Of a DNA stretch of 64,000 bases, positions 35,681 through 44,631 are shown one piece after another. Each line of letters begins with the position of its first letter. Within the stretch, counting starts at the first letter, position 1. The notes under the pieces are model-generated. The model did no database searches. It worked only from the letters and a program-made list of their open reading frames with translations, and was not told the origin of the DNA. Position numbers and translations under genes: made by a program. This stretch comes from an uncultured Solirubrobacterales bacterium (GTDB lineage: Bacteria > Actinomycetota > Thermoleophilia > Solirubrobacterales > 70-9), in contig CAWFET010000001.1 in the NCBI GenBank assembly GCA_963815045.1, positions 124,072 to 188,071 of the forward strand, written 5' to 3'.

Positions 35681-36406
35681 ATGAGGCCCCGCGTGAAGCA
35701 CCTGCCGCGTCCGCTCCAGCCGTTCGCGACCCGGCGCCTCGACATGGCCCGCGAGGGGCTCAACTGGTACCGGCCGCTCGCGATCTACGGCCAGAGCGTC
35801 CTCGCCGGCCGCCCCACGACCTTCGAGCTCGGCGGGGTTCGCCACCGCTATCTGTGGCACCCCTACATGACCACCTGGAGGAGCGAGCGGGCGGTGGAGC
35901 TGCCGGTCGCGTGGTCGCGGGTCCGCAGGGTGGACCCCGCGAGCACGCTCGAGGTGGGCAACGTCCTCTCCAACTACTTTCGCGCTCGGCACGCGGTGGT
36001 CGACAAGTACGAGCAGACCCCGGGAGTGATCAACGAGGACATCGTCGACTTCGATCCCGGGCGCCGCTACGAGCTGATCGTCTCGGTCTCGACGCTGGAG
36101 CACGTCGGCTGGGACGAGGACGAGCCACGCGATCCGGAGAAGGTCCTGCGCGCGATCGAGCGGCTGCGCGAGCTGCTCACGCCGAGCGGCGAGCTGCTCT
36201 TCACCGTGCCGCACGGCTGGCACACCGAGCTCGACGCCTACATCGCGGACGGCCGCGTCCCACTCGCCCGATGCTGGTGCCTGAAGCGCATCTCGGCGGA
36301 CGGCCGGTGGGCCGAGGTGGACTACGCGGAGCTCGAGGACGTCGCCTACGACTCCCCGTTCAGATACGCGAACGGCGTCACCGTCGGCGTCGTCCGCGGA
36401 TCCTGA
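35681..36406 (+). CDS. Methyltransferase-fold-like protein, tandem paralog 2
   Basis: Internal ATG of ORF 35588..36406. It aligns end to end with the preceding gene (YLWHPYM.TWR.ERAVE.PVAW.RVRR.DPASTLE.GNVLS.YF...). Confidence 0.6.
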   Translation: MRPRVKHLPRPLQPFATRRLDMAREGLNWYRPLAIYGQSVLAGRPTTFELGGVRHRYLWHPYMTTWRSERAVELPVAWSRVRRVDPASTLEVGNVLSNYFRARHAVVDKYEQTPGVINEDIVDFDPGRRYELIVSVSTLEHVGWDEDEPRDPEKVLRAIERLRELLTPSGELLFTVPHGWHTELDAYIADGRVPLARCWCLKRISADGRWAEVDYAELEDVAYDSPFRYANGVTVGVVRGS

Positions 36407-36409
36407 AGT

Positions 36410-37429
36410 TCAGGCCGCCACGAGGCTGCCGCTGCCGGCGAGGAGCTCCTCCCGCAACGCGATGAAGTCGGCGGCGCGGTGGGCGTAGGTTCCCCGGCGG
36501 CGGGCGAACTCCAGGCCGCGTGAGCGGAGCTCCCTGCGCTCCGCGTCATGGCTGAGGTAGTGGTCGGCTAGCCGCCTGGCGTCGTCGAGCGTTTCGGCGT
36601 ATTGCCCGATGCCCTCGGTGGCGTCCACGGCCCAGGGGTTGTCCGTGATCAGCACGGCGCCGAAGGCGAGGGCGTCATAGACGCGCTCGATGGGCAGGCA
36701 GTCGGCGACGTTCTCGGGCTGGTGGAGCCCGAGCACGATCTTCGAGTTCCGCAGGATGTCCCGTCGCTCGGCCTCGTCGATGTACGGAGGCGTGCCGACG
36801 ATGCGGTTTCGCGGATCCCGACGGAAGTGCGCCTGCCAATCCGGCTCATAGCCCTGGTAGCCGACGTAGGAGCAGTCGATCGCCTCGTTCTCGCAGCCCT
36901 CGCCGACATGCTGCGGGTCCACCGGCGCCCCGAACTCGATCGGGAGCGCATTGGGGTGGCGCTTGCTGAACTCCCGCCATCCGCGCCGGCCCGCCGACTT
37001 AGGCTCGCCCCAGCAGCACTCGCCGGCGAAGATCACCCGGATCCCCGGGTCCTCGCGGAGGGATTTCAGCTCGTATCCGCGCCAGGCGAGCAGGATGGTC
37101 TCCGGGCGATCTCGCAGCCTTCGCACCAGCCGCCGCACCACGAGCTGCTTGCCCCTTCTGCCCGGGCGCGTGGTCAGTTTCTTCGATGGGCGGATCGCGG
37201 GGATCCTGCCGAAGAGCGGCTGCAGGCGGCCGGTCTCCCAGCCGTGAAAGCAATCGTGATTGCCGATCATCACCAGGCCGGGCTCGTCGATGTCCGAGAT
37301 CCGCCTGACGACCCGCACGTCCCAGCCGTGGAGCCCAAAGCCCTGGCCGAACTTCTCCACGAAGAAGCGGTGGTTGTACGGCGTGGGCAGAAACGGGTGG
37401 TCCAGGATGTAGAAGGTCGGGCCGGCCAC
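36410..37429 (-). CDS. CgeB-family / Glyco_trans_1_2-like glycosyltransferase
   Basis: 339 aa. C-terminal half: IVLGLHQPEN...ERVYDALAFGAVLITDN...YAETLDDARRLADHYLSHDAERRELRSRG. Confidence 0.55.
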   Translation of the reverse strand: MAGPTFYILDHPFLPTPYNHRFFVEKFGQGFGLHGWDVRVVRRISDIDEPGLVMIGNHDCFHGWETGRLQPLFGRIPAIRPSKKLTTRPGRRGKQLVVRRLVRRLRDRPETILLAWRGYELKSLREDPGIRVIFAGECCWGEPKSAGRRGWREFSKRHPNALPIEFGAPVDPQHVGEGCENEAIDCSYVGYQGYEPDWQAHFRRDPRNRIVGTPPYIDEAERRDILRNSKIVLGLHQPENVADCLPIERVYDALAFGAVLITDNPWAVDATEGIGQYAETLDDARRLADHYLSHDAERRELRSRGLEFARRRGTYAHRAADFIALREELLAGSGSLVAA

Positions 37430-37432
37430 GAT

Positions 37433-38080
37433 CTACTCGCGAGGCCCGGACAGGGAGTCCACCCAGACGGCCAGCAGCCTCAGTTCCGTGGATGAGCCGT
37501 CGACGAGGCTGCCCGAGAGGATCCCGGTCGCCCGCTCGATCTGCTCGTCTCGGGTGAGCGGCACCGCCTCCGGCTTGCGGGCTTCGACCGTGATGTTGTC
37601 GGTTCCCCGCCAGGTCGCCCTCCGGACCTTGCTGACCTGGAAGCCGAGAGCGCCCAGCACCTCCCGGAACTTGCCCTCGTACCACCCGTCGGCGTGCACG
37701 CCCCATGCAGCCTCGTGCGAGCCGAAGACGTGGCGCAGCACGAGATCTCTCTGCGATCGCCGCCAGGGTCTGCGAAACCTGCGCACGGCGGCCTCGAAGT
37801 CAGGTGTCTCGATCATCAGGCGCCCGCCCGGCTCCAGCCACTCATACCAGTCGATCAGGACCCGAAGTGCGGTGGGACGGTCGAAGTGCTCGAAGACGTG
37901 GTGGAGCCTGACCTCGGCCACGCTCGCGGGCTCGTACCGGAGCCTGGTGATGTCCGCGTGCACGTCGGCCGGCGAGGTGGTCTGGACCGGATGATCGGCG
38001 GGCGGAAAGTCGACATTGACGTAGCCGTCGAGGTAGGTCTCACCGCATCCAAGGTGTAGGCGAATGGGCGCCGCGGGCAT
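37433..38080 (-). CDS. Class I SAM-dependent methyltransferase
   Basis: Internal ATG: MPAAPIRLHLGCGETYLDGYVNVD...VRLHHVFEHFDR...LEPGGRLMIETP. Confidence 0.8.
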   Translation of the reverse strand: MPAAPIRLHLGCGETYLDGYVNVDFPPADHPVQTTSPADVHADITRLRYEPASVAEVRLHHVFEHFDRPTALRVLIDWYEWLEPGGRLMIETPDFEAAVRRFRRPWRRSQRDLVLRHVFGSHEAAWGVHADGWYEGKFREVLGALGFQVSKVRRATWRGTDNITVEARKPEAVPLTRDEQIERATGILSGSLVDGSSTELRLLAVWVDSLSGPRE

Positions 38081-38094
38081 CCGTCCGCGGCCGC

Positions 38095-38868
38095 TCAGGC
38101 CTCGGCTGTGACTGCGGTGTACTTCGCGGCAACGTCGCCGATCGCGCCCCTCATCTGGATCTCGCCGTGATCGAGCCACATCCCCGTCCTGCACACCGAC
38201 TGGACCAGGTCGAGGTCGTGGCTCATGAAGATGATCGTCCGGCCTTCGTCGTTGAGGCGCTTGAGCGCCTTGGCGCACTGGTCGCGGAAGGAGTCGTCCA
38301 CCACGGCGAGGACCTCGTCGAAGACATAGGTGTCGGCCGGGAAGCAGGTGGCCGTGGCGAAGGAGAGCCTCGCCGCCATGCCGCTCGAATACCGCTTCAA
38401 GGGGGTGTCCATGTAGCGGTGGATCCCCGCGAAGTCCGTGATCGCCTCCATCTGGTCTCGGATCGCCTTGCGCTCCAGTCCGAGGATGGTGCCGAGGAGC
38501 TCGACGTTCTCGCGGCCCGTGAGCTCGGGATGGAACCCCGCGCCCACCTCGAGCAGGGGAATCAGACGCCCCCAGACCTCGATCTTGCCCGCGTCCTGCA
38601 TCGCGATGCCCGCCACCAGCTGCGTGAGCGTCGACTTCCCGGAGCCATTCGCCCCGACGATTCCGAAGAACTCCCCGCGCTTCACCTCGAAGCTGACGTC
38701 GGTCAGGGCCCAGAAGCGATCCCTGTCGTAGTCGCGGCGGACGAGCGTGCTCAGGGTGTGCTGGAGGCTGAGCTCCTCGCCGAGGCCGTAGCTCTTGCCG
38801 ACCCCCTGGCAGCGAACGGCGAGGTCGGTGCGAGTCTCCCCGCCGTTGAGGTCAGACGTAGTCGGCAA
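38095..38868 (-). CDS. wzt: Polysaccharide ABC exporter ATP-binding protein (Wzt/TagH-like)
   Basis: GIVGANGSGKSTL (Walker A), YSSGMAARLSFA (signature), YVFDEVLAVVD (Walker B). Confidence 0.9.
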   Translation of the reverse strand: MPTTSDLNGGETRTDLAVRCQGVGKSYGLGEELSLQHTLSTLVRRDYDRDRFWALTDVSFEVKRGEFFGIVGANGSGKSTLTQLVAGIAMQDAGKIEVWGRLIPLLEVGAGFHPELTGRENVELLGTILGLERKAIRDQMEAITDFAGIHRYMDTPLKRYSSGMAARLSFATATCFPADTYVFDEVLAVVDDSFRDQCAKALKRLNDEGRTIIFMSHDLDLVQSVCRTGMWLDHGEIQMRGAIGDVAAKYTAVTAEA

Positions 38869-39730
38869 AGCGGGTCTCCATGCGGCCGAACACGTACCAG
38901 CCCATCACCAGCATCGCGACCATCTCGGCGAGGCCGATGGCGATCGCGAACATGTCCGGCGAGCTCCCGAGCAGCGACCAGCGCCAAGCCTCGATGATCC
39001 CGGACGCCGGGTTGAAGGCCAGCACCTTGGCGAAACTGCCGGCCGCGCTCAGGGGATAGCCGACGGGGGTCAGGAAGATCCCCGCCTGGACGACGAGCGG
39101 TGCCAGCGCGACCGCATCGCGGAAGCGACCCCCGAGGGCGGTGACGAGCAGCGTGAAGCCGAAGGTGCTGAGGAGCAGCCAGGCGATGAGGATCGGCATC
39201 GCAAGGGCCTGAACCGAAAGGGTGCCGCTGATGCCTGCCGCAACGACGCTCGCGGTCAGCACCACGGCGAGCGGCGGGAGCACCGAGATCAGCGTGCCGG
39301 TGACGAAGGCGAGGCGAGGACAGGGGCTGCGGCGCACGACCTGGTAGTTGGCCTGCAGGACCTGCGGGGCCACCGTGATCGCCATCTGCGCATAGGTCCA
39401 GACCGCGAGCCCCACCAGCGCGAAGGTGACGTACGGCACGCTCCCCGTGTTGACGGAGGTCACCTTCGAGAACGCGATCGTGACGGCGGCCAGCATGCCA
39501 AGTGGCTGCAGCCCGAGCCACAGCGGGCCCAGCGCCGACTGCTTGTACTTGGCCTTGACGTCCCGGAGGCCCAGCATGAAGCCGACGTGGCGGCTGGTCC
39601 AGAGGTCGGACAGGCTGATGCGGCGCTTCTTCGGGACCGCCACGCGGACGGAGTCGTGGACGAGACCGAGGGACGCGCCGCCGAGATCGGCCGCCGCGGT
39701 GGCCCCCGTCTGTGTGGAGCTCGGGCTCAT
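38852..39730 (-). CDS. wzm: Polysaccharide ABC exporter permease (ABC-2 type, Wzm-like)
   Basis: 292 aa with 6 hydrophobic segments and RDVKAKYKQSALGPLW near the N-terminus, typical of Wzm/TagG. Overlaps wzt by 17 nt. Confidence 0.85.
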   Translation of the reverse strand: MSPSSTQTGATAAADLGGASLGLVHDSVRVAVPKKRRISLSDLWTSRHVGFMLGLRDVKAKYKQSALGPLWLGLQPLGMLAAVTIAFSKVTSVNTGSVPYVTFALVGLAVWTYAQMAITVAPQVLQANYQVVRRSPCPRLAFVTGTLISVLPPLAVVLTASVVAAGISGTLSVQALAMPILIAWLLLSTFGFTLLVTALGGRFRDAVALAPLVVQAGIFLTPVGYPLSAAGSFAKVLAFNPASGIIEAWRWSLLGSSPDMFAIAIGLAEMVAMLVMGWYVFGRMETRFADYV

Positions 39731-40518
39731 GGGACCGGAAGTCTAGGAGGACGGGGCATCACGACGACGGTGGCATAGCTCCAGCGCGCGTCGAGGGGCG
39801 TTCCGCGCTCTCGCCGCCGCCTGGTCTTCTCGGGCCGGCCGCGGGCTCTGCGCATGAACGCCAGCGGATTGACGAATTGGAGGGAGTAGGCGAATGAGTC
39901 GCCGAAGAACTCCGGATCCGTGACTCCCAGCCGCCTGCAGATCGCCTCGAGCTCGGCCCTGGTGAACGGCACCTCGACCCCGAGCTTCCAGCGCCCCGTC
40001 CTCTCGGCCGCCCACTTGGAGAGCCGGTACGGGGCGTTGCGGGCGTTCGGCACGGAGACGATCACGATCCCATCCGTCCGCAGCGCGTCGAGATGGGCCC
40101 GGAAGATGCCGTCGCGCTCGGCCCCGGTGAAGTGCTCGTTCAGGCCGAAGGACATCGCGATGTCGAACTGGCCCCGAACCTCGTCGGGGAGCTCCAGCGC
40201 GTTCGCCTCGACGAAGTCAGCCTCCAGGCCGTTGGCCGCGAACAGCTCGCGTGCCTTGCCCAGCGCCTCGGGCGAGTAGTCGAGCAGCGTCACGGACGCG
40301 CCGCGCTTCGCCATCGCCGCGGCGTTCGTGCCCGCTCCCGCGCCGATCTCGATCACCCGCAGCCCCTCGAAGCCGCCGAAGCGAGCGCGCACGCGCTCCT
40401 CGATCCGCCGCCACCGGATCGACAGCTCCTCCCGTGCGACGTTCGCGCGGTGCTCCTCGGCGCTGGTGCCGGCCCGCCAGATCTCGTCCCAGAGCTCGGG
40501 TGTGTTCGGATCGGTCAT
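39727..40518 (-). CDS. Class I SAM-dependent methyltransferase
   Basis: RVIEIGAGAGTNAAAMAKRGASVTLLDYSPEAL...FDIAMSFGLNEHF. Confidence 0.85.
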   Translation of the reverse strand: MTDPNTPELWDEIWRAGTSAEEHRANVAREELSIRWRRIEERVRARFGGFEGLRVIEIGAGAGTNAAAMAKRGASVTLLDYSPEALGKARELFAANGLEADFVEANALELPDEVRGQFDIAMSFGLNEHFTGAERDGIFRAHLDALRTDGIVIVSVPNARNAPYRLSKWAAERTGRWKLGVEVPFTRAELEAICRRLGVTDPEFFGDSFAYSLQFVNPLAFMRRARGRPEKTRRRRERGTPLDARWSYATVVVMPRPPRLPVP

Positions 40519-41507
40519 CCCACGCCGATCCTCTTGAAGATCTCCGCGAAGCGGTGGTCATAGGTGTGCTCCTCCCTCACCCGTTTGTAGCCGGCCTCGG
40601 CCGCGCGGGCCCGCTCGTCCTCGTGCTCGAGCCACCAGCCCACCTGCGCGACGAGGTCGTCGGTGGATCCGAACGTGCCGATCTCCTCGCCGGGTGTCAG
40701 GTAGTCCTCTAGGTGGGCGACCCGGTCGGTGAGCAGGAAGCCGCCGCTGCCCGGCACCTCGAAGGTCCGGCCCTTGATCTGGCTCCTGCGCACCTCCTTC
40801 TTCCCTCGGAAGGGACGCAGGAGGCGCATCGGCAGCCGCTCCGGCGGATCGAACGCGCTCGAGAGGTTGAGGTTGATCCGGCTCGCCCCGAAAACGCGCA
40901 CCATCTCGTCCTGCTCGATCCGCCCCTCGGGCCAGCCGAATCCCCAGCAGCGGACGTCGAATCCCTCGGCCCGCAGGCGCTCCACCGTCGCCGGCCGCTC
41001 GCCGTAGGACTGGCCGATGAACGTCACGTCGTAGGAGAGGCCCTCGGCGGTCTTCTCGTAGGCGTAGCGGTTGCACGCCCACTGGGAGAGGATCACGGGC
41101 TCGTAGCCGATCGCCTCGTACTTGGGGAGGGAGTCGCGATCAGTCGTCACCGACCAGTCGAGGGCGGGCGCGAAATGCCTGCTGAACCGCTCGAAGCGCC
41201 AGTGGTCGTCGGCAAACCAGTTGACGGTCGGGCCGCCGGCGCGGCTGACGCCCCTGATCGTCTCCTGGTCGATCTCGTCCTCGAAGAGCGCGAAGAAGGA
41301 GAGGTCCGGGGTGGCCTCCTCGGCGGCGGCGAGCAGCCGCCGGTTCATCTCCGCCTTGCCGTGAGCCTTCTTCTCGGCCATGAAGTCGAAGGTGACGAGC
41401 TCGTGCCCCATCCCCTCCAGCGCGCTCCGGAAGTTCGTCTCCTCGAAGCTGGGCCCTCGGCTGGGGTCGCCGTAGTCGTCCGCCATCGCGACGTAGAGGA
41501 TCTTCAT
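40515..41507 (-). CDS. CgeB-family / Glyco_trans_1_2-like glycosyltransferase
   Basis: 330 aa: ...DVTFIGQSYGERP...RTFEVPGSGGFLLTD...GYKRVREEHTYDHRF. Confidence 0.6.
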   Translation of the reverse strand: MKILYVAMADDYGDPSRGPSFEETNFRSALEGMGHELVTFDFMAEKKAHGKAEMNRRLLAAAEEATPDLSFFALFEDEIDQETIRGVSRAGGPTVNWFADDHWRFERFSRHFAPALDWSVTTDRDSLPKYEAIGYEPVILSQWACNRYAYEKTAEGLSYDVTFIGQSYGERPATVERLRAEGFDVRCWGFGWPEGRIEQDEMVRVFGASRINLNLSSAFDPPERLPMRLLRPFRGKKEVRRSQIKGRTFEVPGSGGFLLTDRVAHLEDYLTPGEEIGTFGSTDDLVAQVGWWLEHEDERARAAEAGYKRVREEHTYDHRFAEIFKRIGVG

Positions 41508-41511
41508 CGCG

Positions 41512-42447
41512 TCAGCCGCCGATTCCGGTCGAGACCCGGCGGAGGCGGGGGGCGACGCTGCTGACCGCCCTGGCCACGCCGGGCACCGTCATCGCCATCG
41601 CGGCGGCGAGGGAGAGCGGGCTGAGCCTCGTCTCGAGTGACGCCCGGAACGAGCGGCGTGCGTCGCCGGAGCGGCCGAGCGCGGCCCTGCAGTAGCCGAT
41701 CATCAGCAGGTCGTGAGCGAGGGTGCGGCGGACCAGCTCGGGATCGCCGGCCAGGTCCGCGTAGCGCTCGTGGATCAGATGCTTCGTCTCCCAGATCTCC
41801 AGGCCGCGATAGGAGAGGTTGCCGCCGTGTTCGCGCAGCCGGACGACGAGGCGGGGCTCGAAGTAGAAGGTCGCGCCCGCCGAGAGGGCGCGCATCCAGA
41901 ACTCGTAGTCCTCCCCCACGAGCGGCTCGTACCCGCCGAGCTCGAGGTAGAGCGAGCGCCGCACTACGGCGCTCGGATCGGCGATCAGGTTCTCCGGGAA
42001 CATCTCGCGAGCGAACGCCCTGGTGTCGAGGACGCCCGTATTCCGTGGGCGGAGGTGGTCGCCGCTCGCGAGCCCGAAGCGCTCCGCGGCGCCGAAGGCG
42101 ACGTCCACCTCGGGGTGCCGCACCAGTGCCTCCCGCTGCCACTCGAGCTTCCTCGGCTCCCAGACGTCGTCGGCCGGGCAGAGGGCGACGAAGTCGCCGG
42201 CCGCCTCCCGGAAGCCGGTGTCGAACGCCCCGGGGCAGCCGCGGTTCTCCTGCGCGATCAGGCGGACGCGATTCCCGTATCGGCCGACGACCTCCGCCGT
42301 CCCGTCCGTGGAGCCGTCGTCGACCACGATGATCTCGAGCGGCGGGGCGGTCTGGGCGAGCGTCGCGTCGAGCGCCTCCGCGATGTAGCGCTCCTCGTTG
42401 TAGGCGGGGACGACGACGCTGATCGTCGGCCCGTCGGCGGCGGTCAT
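41512..42447 (-). CDS. Glycosyltransferase family 2
   Basis: Internal ATG: MTAADGPTISVVVPAYNEERYI...IIVVDDGSTDGT. Confidence 0.85.
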   Translation of the reverse strand: MTAADGPTISVVVPAYNEERYIAEALDATLAQTAPPLEIIVVDDGSTDGTAEVVGRYGNRVRLIAQENRGCPGAFDTGFREAAGDFVALCPADDVWEPRKLEWQREALVRHPEVDVAFGAAERFGLASGDHLRPRNTGVLDTRAFAREMFPENLIADPSAVVRRSLYLELGGYEPLVGEDYEFWMRALSAGATFYFEPRLVVRLREHGGNLSYRGLEIWETKHLIHERYADLAGDPELVRRTLAHDLLMIGYCRAALGRSGDARRSFRASLETRLSPLSLAAAMAMTVPGVARAVSSVAPRLRRVSTGIGG

Positions 42448-42485
42448 CCGCGGCAGGATAGGAGCGCGCCGGATCCCGCACATCC

Positions 42486-43625
42486 ATGCGAACCTGCGAC
42501 CCCTTGAAGGTCGGCCTCAACCTGCTGCACCTCGTGCCCGGTCAGACCGGGGGATCCGAGGTCTACGCGAGAGCGCTCGTCCCCGCCCTGCTCGAGGCGG
42601 GCGGTCACGACCTGGTCGTCTTCGCCTCCCGGGAGGGGGCGCCCGCGCTCCGATCCGAGCCCTGGGCAACCGAGCTCGAGCTGGTGGAGATCCCGGTGAC
42701 GGCCACCAGCCGCGCAAGGCGGGTGCTGGCCGAGCAGACGTCCCTTCCCCGCGCCGCCCGTCGCGCGCGCATCGACCTCCTGCACAACCTGTTCACGACC
42801 GCGCCCGCGGCGCCCGGCGTCCCACAGGTGACCACGATCCTCGACCTGATCTACAGGCGCTTCCCGGAGGCGCACGCGGGGATCCGCTCGCTCGGGATGC
42901 GGATGCTGGTCCCGCTCGCCGCTCGCCGCTCGGCGCGGATCATCGCGATCTCCGAGGCGACCAAGTCCGACGTGGTCTCGTTTCTCGGTGTCGATCCCGC
43001 ACGGGTGGACGTCACCCATCTCGCCCCCGGCCTGGGCGAGGTCACCGACCCCGTCCCGGAGGCGGAGCTCCGCGAGCGCTATTCCCTCGGCGACGCGCCG
43101 ATCGTGCTCAGCGTCTCGGCGCACCGGCCCCACAAGAACATCGAGCGCCTGGTCGACGCGGTGGCGGCGCTCGAGCCCCCGGCGGTCCTGGTCGTGCCCG
43201 GATACGGGACCGAGTGGGAGGAGGAGCTCGCCGCGCACGTGCGGGGGCGCGGGGCGGAGGAGCGGGTGCGCCTGATCGGCTGGCTGGGGGACGAGGAGCT
43301 GGAGGGGTTCTACGAGGCGGCGACGTGCCTCGCGTTCCCCTCCATCGCGGAGGGCTTCGGTCTGCCGGTGCTGGAGGCGATGGCGCGTGGCCTGCCCGTC
43401 GCCTGCTCGGACGCGACCTCCCTGCCCGAGGTGGCCGGTGACGCCGCTCTCTATTTCGACCCGCTCGACGTCCCCGCGATGACGATCGCGATCGGCCGGC
43501 TGCTCACCGACGACGAGCTCCGGGAGCAGCTCGCGTCGGCGGGGCGGACGCAGGCCGCCGGCTTCACCTGGCGGAGTACCGCCGAGGGGACGCTGCGCTC
43601 CTACGAGCGCGCCCTGGCGAGCTGA
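42486..43625 (+). CDS. Glycosyltransferase family 4
   Basis: LKVGLNLLHLVPGQTGGSEVY...PSIAEGFGLPVLEAMARGLPV. Confidence 0.85.
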   Translation: MRTCDPLKVGLNLLHLVPGQTGGSEVYARALVPALLEAGGHDLVVFASREGAPALRSEPWATELELVEIPVTATSRARRVLAEQTSLPRAARRARIDLLHNLFTTAPAAPGVPQVTTILDLIYRRFPEAHAGIRSLGMRMLVPLAARRSARIIAISEATKSDVVSFLGVDPARVDVTHLAPGLGEVTDPVPEAELRERYSLGDAPIVLSVSAHRPHKNIERLVDAVAALEPPAVLVVPGYGTEWEEELAAHVRGRGAEERVRLIGWLGDEELEGFYEAATCLAFPSIAEGFGLPVLEAMARGLPVACSDATSLPEVAGDAALYFDPLDVPAMTIAIGRLLTDDELREQLASAGRTQAAGFTWRSTAEGTLRSYERALAS

Positions 43626-44629
43626 GCGGCGGCGTCGATCCCCGCGATCGCCTGATCCGGGCCGAAGCGCGAGATCAGCTCGCCCATCGGGGCCGCCGCC
43701 GGGCGAGGTGAGGCGAGCGCGGCCGCCAGCTCCGTGGCGGATCCGTAGCCGGTGACGGGCAGGCCATCGAAGTCCAGCGAATAGATGGCGTCGCGGACCA
43801 CCACCGGGACGCCGAACGCGAGCGCCTCGATGATCGCCGTAGGCTGCGCCTCCTTCCCGACCGACGGAACGACCAGGGTGTCGATCGAGCCGAGAAAGCC
43901 GGGCACGTCGTGGGTCTCGCCGATCAGCCGGACGCGGTCCGCCAGGCCGAGGTCCGCGATACGCCGCTCCACCAGATCCGCGTACGAGGCGTCCTGGCGG
44001 CCCCCCGCTACCAGGAGGTTCAACCAGGACGAGCGGGCGACGGGTTCGGCGAGCTCCTCGACCAGCTCCGCGACGCCCTTCTCCGGGATCAGCCTGGCCA
44101 TCACCCCGATCGTGAGCTCGTCGTGGGGCGGGGAGAGCACCCGCTCGCCGCGCGCGCGCTCGAAGTCCTCTGCGGCCAGGAAGTTGTTGATCTTCGTGAT
44201 CTCGACCGCGGGGAGCCGCTCCTCGTATTCGCGGGCGGCGTTGGCGCCGATCACCACGAGCGCCCCGAAGCGGCGATAGGCGAAGCGCGCGATCCCGCGT
44301 CCCGCGCTCTCGCGCTCGTGCGCGATGTGCACGATCGCCGGCCCGCCGGACCGGGGGGTGGCGGCGTAGAGGTACGCGTGAACCCGCGGGTGATTCCCGA
44401 TCACGATCGCCTCCGGGTCGAGGCCCTCCAGAAAGCGGCGGGTCCGGCGAATGGCCAGAGGGACGTTCGGATTCCAGGGAGCCGGTGTCGGGAAGCTCAG
44501 GTCGTCGACCAGCTCGGCCCTCCGGCCCGCCGCACGCAGAGCCTCCACCAGCCGCAGCCCGAAGCGCTGCCCACCGCCGAGGATCTCGCCGTGGTCGAGC
44601 AGCCAGACGTCGCCGGTCGCGCGCGGCAA
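43601..44629 (-). CDS. Glycosyltransferase family 4
   Basis: PSVGKEAQPTAIIEALAFGVPVV (EX7E-like); GT-B layout. Confidence 0.75.
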   Translation of the reverse strand: MPRATGDVWLLDHGEILGGGQRFGLRLVEALRAAGRRAELVDDLSFPTPAPWNPNVPLAIRRTRRFLEGLDPEAIVIGNHPRVHAYLYAATPRSGGPAIVHIAHERESAGRGIARFAYRRFGALVVIGANAAREYEERLPAVEITKINNFLAAEDFERARGERVLSPPHDELTIGVMARLIPEKGVAELVEELAEPVARSSWLNLLVAGGRQDASYADLVERRIADLGLADRVRLIGETHDVPGFLGSIDTLVVPSVGKEAQPTAIIEALAFGVPVVVRDAIYSLDFDGLPVTGYGSATELAAALASPRPAAAPMGELISRFGPDQAIAGIDAAAQLARARS

Positions 44630-44631
44630 GG

